Assembly (NCBI GenBank): GCA_002269645.1 | Contig: NIVC01002741.1 | Location: forward strand, 80,050 to 144,049 | Source: Macrostomum lignano | Lineage: Eukaryota | Length of the DNA: 64,000 bases | Direction: 5' to 3' | Shown here: positions 12,330 to 25,010 of the stretch, piece after piece | Layout of the letters: each line of letters starts with the position of its first letter | Numbering within the stretch: position 1 is the stretch's first letter | Notes under the pieces: model-generated | The model's input: only the letters and a program-made list of their open reading frames with translations | The model's database searches: none | What the model was told of the DNA's origin: nothing | Translations under genes and position numbers: made by a program

Positions 12330-15300
12330 TCACCGCAGGAAGACATTGATGCAGCGCTCGCCTGGAATTGCGGTGGGGCGGCGGCTGCAGCTGTGAGTCT
12401 CCCCAATTATCCTTCGCTCAGTCTTCCCAATTATCCCCATCTCCCACCCAGTCTCCGCAATTATCCCCATCTCCCACCCAGTCTCCCCAATTATCCCCAT
12501 CTCCCACCCAGTCTCCCCAATTATCCCCATCTCCTACCTAGTCTCCCCAATTATCCTCATCTCCCCAATTATCCTCATCTTCTACCCAGTCTCCACAATT
12601 ATCCTCATCTTCTACCCAGTCTCCACAATTATCCTTATCTCCCACCCAGTCTCCCCAATTATCCTTATCTCCTACCCAGTCTCCCCAATTATCCTCATCT
12701 CCCACCCAGTTTCCCCAATTATCCTCATCTCCCACCCAGTCTCCCCAATTATCCTCATCTCCCACCTAGTCTCCCCAATTATCCTTATCTCCTACCCAGT
12801 CTCCCCAATTATCCCCATCTCCTACCCAGTCTCCGCAATTATCCTTATCTCCTACCCAGTCTCCCCAATTATCCTCATCTCCCACCCAGTCTACCCAATT
12901 ATCCTCATCTCCCACCTAGTCTCCCCAATTATCCTCATCTTCTACCCAGTCTCCCCAATTATCCTCATCTTCTACCCAGTCTCCACAATTATCCTTATCT
13001 CCCACCCAGTCTCCCCAATTATCCTCATCTCCCACCCAGTCTCCCCAATTATCCTCATCTCCCACCCAGTCTCCCCAATTATCCTTCTCTCCCACCCAGT
13101 CTCCCCAATTATCCCCATCTCCTACTCAGTCTCCCCAATTATCCTTATCTCCTACCCAGTCTCCCCAATTATCCTTATCTCCTACCCAGTCTCCCCAATT
13201 ATCCTTATCTCCTACCCAGTCTCCCCAATTATCCTCATCTTCTACCCAGTCTCCCCAATTATCCTTATCTCCTACCCAGTCTCCCCAATTATCCCCATCT
13301 CCTACCCAGTCTCCGCAATTATCCTTATCTCCTCCCAGTCTCCCCAATTATCCTCATCTCCTACCCAGTCTCCCCAATTATCCTCATCTCCCACCCAGTC
13401 TCCCCATCTCCCCACAGTTTTTCATTTATCCTCATCTCCCCTTTAGTCTCATCAATTACCCCCATCTTTTCCAGTCCCCAATCATCCCATTTCCCATCCA
13501 GTCTCCCCAATTATCCTTATCTCCCATCCAGTCTCCCCAAACCGGTATCTTCATCAATCTCACCGATTTTCTCGCCACTGAGAGTGATCGCCCGCTGCTG
13601 GTCCTCGGCGCTGTCAAAGAAGGCCTCGGCCTCGCCGCCGGCCTGCAGGCAGATCCTGGCCGGCACGCTGGGCTGGAAGAATTGCTCAATGTCGGCCTCA
13701 GTGACGCCGTCGGGAAGGCCGCGCAGCCGCACGCCGTTCTGCCGTTTAGCCGCATCAGCCTTGTCGGGGTGCAGGAACAGGTCGATGTAGCGCGACCCGA
13801 TATGGGCTTTGTCCCGCTTCATCGCCTCCTCAGCTTCCTGAGCGCTGCCAAAGTCCACGTCGGCCTCGCCGTTAGGCCGGCCGGCCCGGTTAAAGTGCAG
13901 CTGCACCCGGCTGGGCTTCAGCGGGGCGAAGAAGTCGGTGACCTCGGCTACCGTGACGGAGAATGGCAGGCCGCGCAGGTGCACCCAGTGACCCGTGCTA
14001 GACTGCCAGTTCGAGCCTGAGAGTGGTAAGTAGTTAACAAGTAGTAAGAAAGAGGTTGACATGTAAAATGCTTTAGCGAGATAGGAATTTCTATCAGTTC
14101 AGCACTTAATAGACAAAACTTTTATTAAACTAACGGTGTGATTTCTAAATCAGTGAATTTTAAATGGTTTCTGTTTTGAACAGAATCAATCGCATCGATA
14201 GGTCTCAGCTCTGTACAAGCTGTACTCAGCCATACTCAGCTCTGTACAAGCTGTACTCAGCCATACTCAGCTCTGTACAAGCTGTACTCAGCCATACTCA
14301 GCTCTGTACAAGCTGTACTCAGCTGTACGCAGCTCTGTACAAGCTGTACTCAGCTGTACGCAGCTCTGTACAAGCTGTACTCAGCCATACTCAGGTCTCA
14401 GCTCTGTAAAAGCTGTACTCAGCCATACTCAGGTCTCAGCTCTGTACAAGCTGTACTCAGCCATACTCAGGTCTCAGCTCTGTAAAAGCTGTACTCAGCC
14501 ATACTCAGGTCTCAGCTCTGTACAAGCTGTACTCAGCCATACTCAGCTCTGTACAAGCTGTACTCAGCCATACTCAGCTCTGTACAAGCTGTACTCAGCC
14601 ATACTCAGGTCTCAGCTCTGTAAAAGCTGTACTCAGCCATACTCAGGTCTCAGCTCTGTACAAGCTGTACTCAGTCTAACTCAGGTCTCAGCTCTGTACA
14701 AGCTGTACTCAGCCATACTCAGCTCTGTACAGGCTGTACTCAGCCATACTCAGCTCTGTACAAGCTGTACTCAGCCATACTCAGCTCTGTACAAGCTGTA
14801 CACAAATCCCTCCTACACAGCAAGCAGCCTGGCAACCCTAAACAGTCCAGAGCATCAGAGCTCACCTGGGCGGTAGTTCTTCTGCTGATGCTGCTGATGC
14901 GGCAGCCTGTGAAACTGGCGGGGGTATCCGTGCGGCTGCTGATAGAACTGACCGTGGAAGCCGCCACCTGGCACGCCTCCGTGAGGATGATAGTTGAAGT
15001 TGCGCTGCTGCGGATGCTGCGGGAACGGCGGCGGCGGGTAGCTGTAGCCACCGCCAGGGGGATGGTGCTGAGGCTGCCAGCGGCCTCCGGGGTGGCCGCC
15101 GCGACCGGCGCCGTAGCCAAAGCCAGGGCCGGCGCCGCGGCCGCCGCGTGCTCCGAGACCGCCGACGCCGCGTGCGCCGCCGCGGCCGGGGTGAAAGCCG
15201 GGATGCTGGCCCGGACCACCCGGCTGATGAGGCGGATAAAAGTCTCCGTAGCCACCGTAGCCTGCGGGTCAGAGTGAAATGGGGTGAGCAGGATGGGGTG

Positions 15301-18300
15301 AGTGGGTTGGGGTGACAGTGGCATTGGGTGACAGTGGGATTGGGTGACAGTGGCATTGGGTGACAGTGGCATTGGATGACAGTGGGATAGGGTGACAGTG
15401 GCATTGGGTGACAGTGGGATTGGGTGACAGTGGCATTGGGTGACAGTGGCATTGGATGACAGTGGGATAGGGTGACAGTGGCATTGGGTGACAGTGGGAT
15501 GGGGTGACTGGCATTGTGTGACGGTGGCATTGTGTGACAGTGGCATTGGGTGACAGTGGGATTGGGTGACAGTGGCATTGGGTGACAGTGGCATTGGATG
15601 ACAGTGGGATGGGGTGACAGTGGCATTGGGTGACAGTGGCATTGGGTGACAGTGGCATTGGGTGACAGTGGCATTGGGTGACAGTGGCATTGGGTGACAG
15701 TGGGATGGGGTGACAGTGGCATTGGGTGACAGTGGCATTGGATGACAGTGGGATGGGGTGACAGTGGCATTGGGTGACAGTGGGATGGGGTGACAGTGGC
15801 ATTGGGTGACAGTGGCATTGGATGACAGTGGGATGGGGTGACAGTGGCATTGGGTGACAGTGGGATGGGGTGACAGTGGCATTGGGTGAAAGTGGCATTG
15901 GATGACAGTGGGATGGGGTGACAGTGGCATTGGGTGACAGTGGCATTGGGTGAAAGTGGCATTGGGTGAAAGTGGCATTGGGTGACAGCTGGGATTGGGT
16001 GACAGTGGGATGGGGTGACAGTGGCATTGGGTGACAGTGGAATGGGATAACAGTGGCATGGGGTGACAGTGGCATTGGGTGACAGTGGCATTGGGTGACA
16101 GTGGGATGGGGTGACAGTGGCATTGGGTGACAGTGGCATTGGGTGACAGTGGCATTGGGTGACAGTGGCATTGGGTGACAGTGGGATGGGGTGACAGTGG
16201 CATTGGGTGACAGTGGGATGGGTGACAGTGGGATGGGGTGACAGTGGGATGGGGTGACAGTGGGATGGGGTGACAGTGGGATTGGGTGACAGTGGGATGG
16301 GGTGACAGTGGCATTGGGTGAAAGTGGCATTGGGTGAAAGTGGCATTGGGTGACAGTGGGATGGGGTGACAGTGGCATTGGGTGACAGTGGAATGGGATG
16401 ACAGTGGCATGGGGTGACAGTGGCATTGGGTGACAGTGGCATTGGGTGAAAGTGGCATTGGGTGACAGCTGGGATTGGGTGACAGTGGGATGGGGTGACA
16501 GTGGCATTGGGTGACAGTGGCATTGGGTGACAGTGGCATTGGGTGACAGTGGCATTGGGTGACAGTGGCATGGGGTGACAGTGGCATTGGGTGAAAGTGG
16601 CATTGGGTGACAGTGGCATGGGGTGACAGTGGCATTGGGTGACAGTGGCATTGGGTGACAGTGGCATTGGGTGACAGTGGCATTGGATGACAGTGGCATT
16701 GGGTGAAAGTGGCATTGGGTGAAAGTGGCATTGGGTGAAAGTGGCATTGGGTGAAAGTGGCATTGGGTGACAGCTGGGATTGGGTGACAGTGGGATGGGG
16801 TGACAGTGGCATTGGGTGACAGTGGAATGGGATGACAGTGGCATGGGGTGACAGTGGCATTGGGTGAAAGTGGCATTGGGTGACAGCTGGGATTGGGTGA
16901 CAGTGGGATGGGGTGACAGTGGCATTGGGTGACAGTGGCATGGGGTGACAGTGGCATTGGGTGACAGTGGCATTGGGTGACAGTGGGATGGGGTGACAGT
17001 GGCATTGGGTGACAGTGGCATTGGGTGAAAGTGGCATTGGGTGAAAGTGGCATTGGGTGACAGCTGGGATTGGGTGACAGTGGGATGGGGTGACAGTGGC
17101 ATTGGATGACAGTGGCATTGGGTGAAAGTGGCATTGGGTGAAAGTGGCATTGGGTGAAAGTGGCATTGGGTGACAGTGGCATTGGATGACAGTGGCATTG
17201 GGTGAAAGTGGCATTGGGTGAAAGTGGCATTGGGTGAAAGTGGCATTGGGTGAAAGTGGCATTGGATGACAGTGGCATTGGGTGAAAGTGGCATTGGGTG
17301 AAAGTGGCATTGGGTGAAAGTGGCATTGGGTGAAAGTGGCATTGGGTGAAAGTGGCATTGGGTGACAGCTGGGATTGGGTGACAGTGGGATGGGGTGACA
17401 GTGGCATTGGGTGACAGTGGAATGGGATGACAGTGGCATGGGGTGACAGTGGCATTGGGTGAAAGCGAGATGGCGTGAGTTGTATTGGATGGGATGAAAA
17501 AGGACTGTATTATAGAGATTGAGTATGAGGGAGTGAGATCGGTGGAATGCAAGAGTGCGAGAGAGTGTAGGATTCAGACGGCAGCTTGGACTGTTGCGCT
17601 CACCGCCATGCTGGTAGGCCTGCCGCATGCATCTCTGTCTGTTGCCCTCGGCATAGGCCTCAGCCATGGAGCTGGGGAACAGCTCGATGTAGCGGTGGCC
17701 CATGTTCTGCCTGTTGTGCTTCGCCATGGCGCGGGCCGCCGCTTCAGGACTGCCGAATTGGACATAGGCCTCGCCTGAGGGCTTGCCGGACTCGTTGTAC
17801 ACCATCAGGATGCCCTCCTTCACGATGCGATCGTCCTGCGATGATGGGCAATGCGAAGGAATTGGAGGCGATTTCATGGCGTATTTAGCGCGATTTCGTG
17901 CTGGATTCAGGGGGCGATTTCGTAGTGGATTTTAAGGCGATTTTGTGCTGGTTTTGTGGCGATTTTGTGATTGATTTAGGGGCGATTTCGTGGTGGATTT
18001 TAGGGCGATTTTGTGGTAGATTCAAGGGCGATTTGCCGTGTTCTATAAACAATAGTTGCAAATTATCAGAAACAGATATTAATAAGGCCGGGATTTCAAA
18101 CGATAATACAACTGATTGCTGTGTGCGAGTCCGCAACCAACCTCAAAGAAGTCTCTAATGGCTCCGAAGTCGGCGGTGAACGGCAGGCCGCGCATTCTGA
18201 GCACCGGCTCCCGCAGCGGCGTCACCCGCATCTCCGACTCGCTAGATGGGAACAGCTCGATGTAGCGCCGGCCCATGTTCTGCCTGTGCAGCCGCAGGCC

Positions 18301-18603
18301 CGAGTTGGCCGCCTCAACCGACTCGAATTCGGCGTAGCCCTCGCCGGAGGGGCGGCCGGCCTTGTCCCGCGACAGGTGGACGCCGGACTCGCCGCCGCGC
18401 AGCGGGCAGTCGGCAAAGAAGGCCACGACGTCGGCCGGTGTGGCGTCATAGGGCAGGCCGCGCATCCGCAGCACGCAGGTGGTGGCGGTCCGGCCACTGC
18501 CAGGCTGCTGCACAGCTGAATTGTTCTGCTCGGAGGAAGTCTTGGAGGATTTTGAGTTGGAAGAGGCGGAGCCTTCGCCAACAGCCACGTTGCCGCTGGA
18601 CAT
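12330..18603 (-). CDS. HNRNPF/H: hnRNP F/H (glorund/GRSF1 family) quasi-RRM protein with a Gly/Tyr/Arg-rich linker and a fourth, degenerate qRRM; 5 coding exons, about 524 aa
   Basis: join(18603-18142, 17835-17604, 15261-14866, 14016-13564, 12361-12330), phases 0,1,1,1. qRRM motifs VLRMRGLPY..SGEGYAEF..MGRRYIELF; VLRMRGLPF..SGEAYVQF..MGHRYIELF; STGHWVHLRGLPF..NGEADVDF..IGSRYIDLF; GVRLRGLP..GEAEAFF..KIG|ERCINVFL. Exon 3 reads GYGGYG..GRGGARG..RGGRG..YPPPP. The stop overlaps a donor-like CG|GTGAGC, so a further exon (for example 11644-11581) is possible. Confidence 0.9.
12394..13525. repeat. Intronic minisatellite, 30-bp unit CTCCCCAATTATCCTCATCTCCCACCCAGT (G-tract rich on the transcribed minus strand)
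   Basis: About 37 copies in hnRNP intron 4. Confidence 0.93.
14193..14800. repeat. Intronic minisatellite, 31/38-bp unit CAGCTCTGTACAAGCTGTACTCAGCCATACT(CAGGTCT)
   Basis: Tandem units in hnRNP intron 3. Confidence 0.92.
15308..17465. repeat. Intronic minisatellite, 16-bp unit GACAGTGGCATTGGGT
   Basis: About 130 copies in hnRNP intron 2; this array produces the 1045/896/728-aa artefact ORFs. Confidence 0.95.
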
Positions 18604-19125
18604 GGCTGGTGAGTGTTTGGCTGCGGGCAGTGGGGACCGATATATTACTGCTGGGAATTATAGCTGCCCATTATACTACTTACAGACATAACACACAGGA
18701 GCAGTAGTCTAACGTAAACATTAATTAGTAATAACAAACCATACACATGGTTAACCCAGCCCAGCCAAGGTTAAGTTGCAAAAATGCCCACCCAAAATAG
18801 ATTGATTACTAATTAGATGTCGAGGCATTTAGCCCTAATAATAGAGTCATAGTTACTTCTACTGTTTACACAAAATTAAATTATTGCCTGCTTATGTTTT
18901 TTATAGGCAAGTCAAATTTTTGGTAAAAAAGTAAGTAGCACTGCCTGTGTAAATCAGTGGGTTGCACATGTATGCAACAAATAGAATTGAAAAATATGAT
19001 ATTTATATTAAAATGGCCACAGAGCTCACACAAATAATCATAAGGGTTAATCCATAGGTCTGTTCTGAAATTTCTTTTTTATCTGAGATTTCTAACTTGT
19101 AAAGCACTAAGCAGTTAGAAACAAC

Positions 19126-19424
19126 TCATACATGCGCAACAGTCGGCCGAGTCGGCCAATCTGGCCAACCGATTTGGCGGCCAACCAAGGAAGTTGCAAA
19201 AATGCCCACCCAAAAAACACCCAAGTAGTAGTACTAAGTAGCTGATGAGGCATTTTGGCTTAATAAGACAGTCATAGTTACTCCTGCTGTTTACTCAAAG
19301 TTGCGTTAATTTTGCTTTAGGGTTTTTTTACATGTAAGTTGCATTTTTGGCCAAAAACTATGCCGCATTTTTGTTAAAACTCAGTCGCACGGCCGACTGA
19401 ATTTTAGAGGTTGAGCATGTATGA
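19126..19424. mobile_element. MITE-like element (about 300 bp) with about 15-bp terminal inverted repeats; an older diverged copy lies at about 18740-18914
   Basis: TCATACATGCGCAAC (19126-19140) vs GTTGAGCATGTATGA (19410-19424), 1 mismatch; internal AGTCGGCCG/CGGCCGACT inversion. The interior AAGTTGCAAAAATGCCCACCCAAAA..GTCATAGTTACT is shared with 18775-18870. No clear TSD. Confidence 0.55.
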
Positions 19425-20811
19425 AAATACTGAAGAGTGCATTTAGCATTATAGAAATTTATCATTTTAATTGGCTTCAATTAGAAAATCAATTTATTTT
19501 CTTTCTTATCTCAAAGAAAAGTATCACTAAAATCAGTGAAATATAAAGTTTCGCAATAAAGTTAATTTGGCCACCAAAAATCTCCCAACAAATATTATAC
19601 TTGGGAGAACAAGCAAAGGGATAATTAGGTACTATTATGTTAACTTGAGCTCATAAAATAGAATCTGTATAACTATCACCTTGCTTTTTCTTGTCTATCC
19701 AAAGTCCAATTTTTGTCACTTGCCAAACCCAGCTTCTTAGTGTTATTGTGAATAGAGTGACATCATTTATATATATAGGTTATTTGGGCTTCATGAGCTT
19801 AAGTTGACAGGCCTTTTCCTATTGCTTAAATGTTATTATAAAGTCTAAAACCAAAAATGTAGCTTCTTTCATAGGTGATAAACCAAGGTTGCCATTGCCA
19901 CAAGGCAAATCCATTTTTTATTGCTTTGAAGGGAAAAAGGTAGGGTGGGCTATAGGAATAGAAATTCTCTTTATTTTTCTTATCAATTCTTTTTATCTTA
20001 ATCTTTATATCTTATTTGCTAAATTATCCAGTTTAGCTTTCTAGGATAGCTTTTGAATAGTAGCCAAAATATAACATTGGGCCTATTATTAGTGATTATA
20101 GTTAATTATAGGGGGCCTAGTCAAAGTAATCATTTAAAAATTGAAAAACATCAAGATAGTCCTCTGACTCTTCTCTATACCCTAAAAATAGAATAAATAA
20201 TAATAATTTAAAGAAGTTAAAAGTTACCTCTTTTGCATAAGCAAATTTAGAGCTATATATACCTATAGGCTATGGCCACTTTAGTATATGGCTTTTTATA
20301 TTGCCAAAATTTTATAACATCTAAATTCTATAACTCCTAAAATCTCTACACTTCTTTATATTTACTTTTAGGTAGGTGGTAGGCCTAGGGCCTAATAATT
20401 AGAATAACAAAATCTAAATATAGAACTACTAAATATAAATTGAATATAAGTAAAATTTAGCTATTGCCTATTATGAAATTTTGGTGATATGAGAAAAGGA
20501 TAGATTTTTAAGCCTTATGAAATTTAGGCCTTAAAGAGGCTATATTTTCCAGTTATGAAATTTAGGAGAAGCATGCAGCAAAATGTAGATATTTTAGGCA
20601 TTAAAAGTTTTTTATCAAATTTTTAGCAAAAGTTGTCAAATAATATAATAAAATAAAAAATATATGAATAAGTTTACACTTAGACTTAGAGATATAAAAC
20701 CATAAATAGATAAAGGATGGTCATACCAATATCTCTAATATAGAATCTAGCCTTTTTAGTCCTAGGCCTATTTTTAACACTAGAAATATAACAACTAACT
20801 CTTTTTTATGA

Positions 20812-21127
20812 CAACAGACAACAACAACAGAGTACGCTGCCAGTTCACAAAAGCAACGTCAGATGGCGTGCTTCAAAGCTTGGGCGCGAACAAAGGCCGC
20901 ATCGCCGGCAGAGTCCGGGGCGCCGGCGTCAGCCAGCAGACAGTTGACGTAGCGCCGAGTCCTCGCCTGTCCCCGCCGGTAGGGTGCCTGCAACGTAAGT
21001 AGCAGCACCTCCTACATCGGCTCCGGACAGTAGGCCTCGGCGCGGATGATGTGGCCTGCCAGCTGGAGTCGCCGATGGCGCAGCAGATTGCTAGGACGGG
21101 CCAGGCCGGCGCGATGATAGAGCGCCG
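20812..21127 (-). mobile_element. 5'-truncated non-LTR retrotransposon (RTE-like) 3' end with a 10-bp target-site duplication
   Basis: The minus strand reads TALYHRAGLARPSNLLRHRRLQLAGHIIRAEAYCPEPM*EVLL, the RT C-terminal RRLxxAGHxxR motif with an in-frame stop, and ends in a (GTT/TGT)n tail. TTTTTTATGA occurs at 20802-20811 and 21128-21137. Confidence 0.8.
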
Positions 21128-23127
21128 TTTTTTATGAACACATGCCTAGCATTTTTTAACATTATAGACACAGCACAGAAGCCATGCCCATAACTTATAT
21201 AGGCCTTAATACTCAATACTCTATTAAAAGTAGGCTAGGGCTAGGCCTATCCTGATTATATTTAAAAAGGAAAGCCAAAAGCCAACATGGTATTTTACTT
21301 TTTAATTCAAGATGGCTATAGCCTACAATTTTATTTTACATTTAATTTTTATATTTACTATAATTAATAATAATTTCAGCTACCCACAATGGCAAGGCCT
21401 ATCTTAACTTTTGTCTTTTATCATTGATAGGCCCTACTGATAGGCCTAGGCTAAAGCTAGGCCTAGCCTAAGGAAGGATTATTGAAGCTTCAAGCTGTCT
21501 ATCAAATTGCTAAATTCCAGTTAACTAGGGCCTATAAGTAATCTGCAAATTTTTGCAACATCTATGCATACGAGAGGGAAAGTCTCTGAACTTTGTTTAG
21601 AGGGTAGATAGTGAGTCAGTGACATTACATTGTGTTTTTTTATTTAGATTTTTTGACTGATACTATTCCCCTATTCAAATTCAATTGATGGCATTGTGAT
21701 TTTCAACTCGGCATCCTAAATTTAGACCCAAAATGCAAAATAGCAGTGTGATTCTGACGCTTAGAAACTATTTTCCACTGTAGAGTGTAGAGCTTAGAAA
21801 TTTCTTTTGATTTCCAGCTTCAGGAAAAGCTAAAATGATTGAGTTTCATGCAGATCTCGAGAAGCGCGCGCGCGCGCGCGGTTTTTGTGAATTTTTTTAC
21901 ATTAAAAAAAAATACATAGTTAAACACAGTCTCCCATGTAACTTGCTTTTAAAAAAAATATAAAATTAACATGCGTTTTGAAATTTTTTTAATAAGAAAT
22001 AATCTAGCCTGGATGGTGCACTTTTATGAAAATAAATAAATACTTTGTTTCTAAGAAAAGTAATCATCGTTTTTACAACATTGAATTGAATTGTCATTTC
22101 CTATTAGATCTCATCGCCTGCGGCCTGCCCCGATCCTTAAATTAAAAAATCGGCATTCTTTCGACCCGCGATGTGATTTTATTCTGTTTTGTTTTATGAA
22201 CCTCAATAAAAATGAGTGAAAATGTATTTTTAAGTAAATAAGTATTGCAAAGTCAAAGCACTTACTTAAGTTTTGAGTTGGCCCTAGGCCTATTAACTCT
22301 TGTCTCTTGTTCATGAGTAGGGCCCTATATATTATCTTACAGACAAAATTAACTTTCATTTTTTAAAATGTGTCACCGAATAGTCTAAACTTGTCACCGA
22401 AACCTCCAAAATTAAATTGTCACCAAAAAGGCTCTCACCGAAATGTCTTGTCATTGAAATGCCCAGGGACCCTTAAATATTATTTGGGCTCACTTTCGAC
22501 TTTCTATATTTTTGTGTCCAATTCAAAATTATAATTAAAAACACTGAAAAGCAAGCTGGTGCACCAAAATGCTGGGCAACAAAAAGCACAGGCACCAAAA
22601 ATCGTGAATATATTCCCCATGAGCAATGAGCAGGCACATTGCTACTAGGGAAAGAGGAAGAGGGGACATTGGATGGACATGCCAATTCAATGCTTTGTCT
22701 CCCCCACCCAGTAAAAGCTATGGGGGGACATGCCAATGTTTTGTCCTCCCCCCCACCTCACCTTGTGACTCATTGTATTAAACAAGAATTTTTCCTTAGG
22801 GTACCAAAATATAGTGCCTCCTAAATGACTCATGAGTGCCTGTGATGCTAAATTGAGAATATAATATTGAAGTGTAAAATTGTTTAATTAAAAATTTATT
22901 ATATTCAAATTGGATTAAAGCCTAGAATCTATATTACTAGACTTTACTAAATAAAATTCAGAGAAATGAACAAAAAAGTATTAATGATATATCAACTATA
23001 TAAATATATTTTATAAACTTATATAGCTATCAAGCTATGTACTAATGGTAGATTTAAGGAGGCATATAGAGTGTGCACCCCCTGTTAAATTATAAGTTTT
23101 TTTTATAAGGAAAATACATGTTGTTAT

Positions 23128-23526
23128 TAGAGGTCGGACGGAATTGAAATCTCTAGGCGGGATCGGGATCAGGAATAATTTTTTTCTCAAGATCGGGATT
23201 AGGATTGGGATTTGAGAATCAGGATCAGGTCTTTTAGTGTATTGTCCATGTAAAGTTAAACAAAATTGAGAAAAGATTGTCAAGATCAAGAAGTAAAACA
23301 CAACAAAATTGATATGAAGTTTTGTAACTAATAAAGTAAATAATGTAACGAGTACAAGTTAAAGCAAAATACTTTCAAGTAATCACAAATTCTATAAATG
23401 TTTAATAAAAAGACCTGTTCTTAAATCTCGAGTTTTTTAGGGTTGGGATTCTAGTCCCGCGGGAATTCAATTTTCTTCGGGATCCCGAGATTTCAGGATC
23501 GGGATCGGGATCCCGTCCAACCTCTA
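23128..23526. mobile_element. hAT-type MITE (399 bp)
   Basis: TIRs TAGAGGTCGGACGG / CCGTCCAACCTCTA (1 mismatch); 8-bp TSD GTTGTTAT vs GTTATTAT; subterminal CGGGAT repeats. Confidence 0.75.
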
Positions 23527-23842
23527 GTTATTATATACAAAGTGCACTAAGAACATTAATATATATATATATATTAGGCCTACCAATTTTGCATAAATAT
23601 ATATAACTTTAGTATTGCACTAGTAGGTTGACCCACTTTGTGGGTCCCAAACATTTTTTCAAGCAAGCACTTTTCTTGATCTTTGACAACCTGCGAGAAG
23701 ACAAAAAGATCAGCCAGAGACAGCCCTCTAGAAAACAGACACCTGAAGCAGAGAAACCCAGTAGAAAGCAGGTAGCAATTTTACCCGCTCTATAGTTCTA
23801 AACAAAAGCACCATTGGTTGATTGTAACTCTTGCCATTAGAC

Positions 23843-25010
23843 AGTTTACAATAACACCCATTAGACAGTTACAACAGCACCCATTAGACAGTTTACAATA
23901 GCACCTGTTAGACAGTTTACAATAGCACCCGTTAGATAGTTCACAACAGCACCCCTTAGACAGTTTACAACAGCACCCATTAGACAGTTACAACAGCACC
24001 CGTTAGACAGTTTACAATAGCACCCATTAGATAGTTACAACAGTACCCATTAGACAGTTTATAACAGCACCCATTAGACAGTTACAACAGCACCCGTTAG
24101 ACAGTTACAACAGCACCCGTTAGACAGTTTACAATAGCACCTGTTAGACAGTTACAATAGTACCCGTTAGACAGTTTACAACAGCACCCGTTAGACAGTT
24201 TACAACAGCACCCGTTAGACAGTTTACAACAGCACCCGTTAGACAGTTTATAACAGCACCCATTAGACAGTTACAACAGCACCCGTTAGACAGTTACAAC
24301 AGCACCCGTTAGACAGTTTACAATAGCATCCGTTAGAAAGTTACAATAGCACCTATTAGACAGTTTACAACAGCACCCGTTAGACAGTTTACAACAGCAC
24401 CCGTTAGACAGTTTATAACAGCACCAATTAGACAGTTACAACAGCACCCATTAGACAGTTACAACAGCACCCGTTAGACAGTTACAACAGCACCTGTTAG
24501 ACAGTTATAACAGCACCCATTAGACAGTTACAACAGCACCCGTTAGACAGTTACAACAGCACCCATTAGACAGTTACAACAGCACCTGTTAGACAGTTTA
24601 CAATAGCACCCATTAGACAGTTTACAACAGTACCCGTTAGACAGTTTACAACAGCACCCATTAGACAGTTTACAACAGCACCTGTTAGACAGTTACAACA
24701 GCACCCGTTAGACAGTTACAACAGCACCCATTAGACAGTTACAACAGCACCCATAAGACAGTTACAACAGCACCCATAAGACAGTTACAACAGCACCTGT
24801 TAGACAGTTTACAATAGCACCTGTTAGACAGTTACAACAGCACCTGTTAGACAATTACAACAGCACCTGTTAGACAGTTACAACAGCACCCGTTAGACAG
24901 TTACAACAGCACCCATTAGACAGTTACAACAACACCTGTTAGACAGTTACAACAGCACCTGTTAGATAGTTTACAACAGCACCCGTTAGATAGTTTACAA
25001 TAGCACCCAT
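23843..25010. repeat. Intergenic minisatellite, 23-24 bp unit TTAGACAGTT(T)ACAACAGCACCC(G/A)
   Basis: About 50 tandem copies. Confidence 0.92.

Noticed and set aside
14740-17877. 1045-aa, 896-aa and 728-aa ORFs, and similar long ORFs at 4257-5671, 12393-13790, 30234-31310, 32202-33950, 35303-35996, 48201-49125, 49611-51129 and 61887-63462
   Set aside because: They are translations of stop-free minisatellite units open in several frames or on both strands; the flanking real exons splice around them in frame.
20812-21127. GC-rich island ending in a T-run, first considered a Pol III ncRNA (RNase P/MRP, 7SK)
   Set aside because: No conserved ncRNA motifs; the opposite strand encodes a LINE RT C-terminus and the T-run is part of the TSD.
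22360-22760. GTCACCGAAA and GGGGGACA/TGTCCCC motif clusters suggesting MITE remnants
   Set aside because: No matching terminal inverted repeats or TSD could be delimited.
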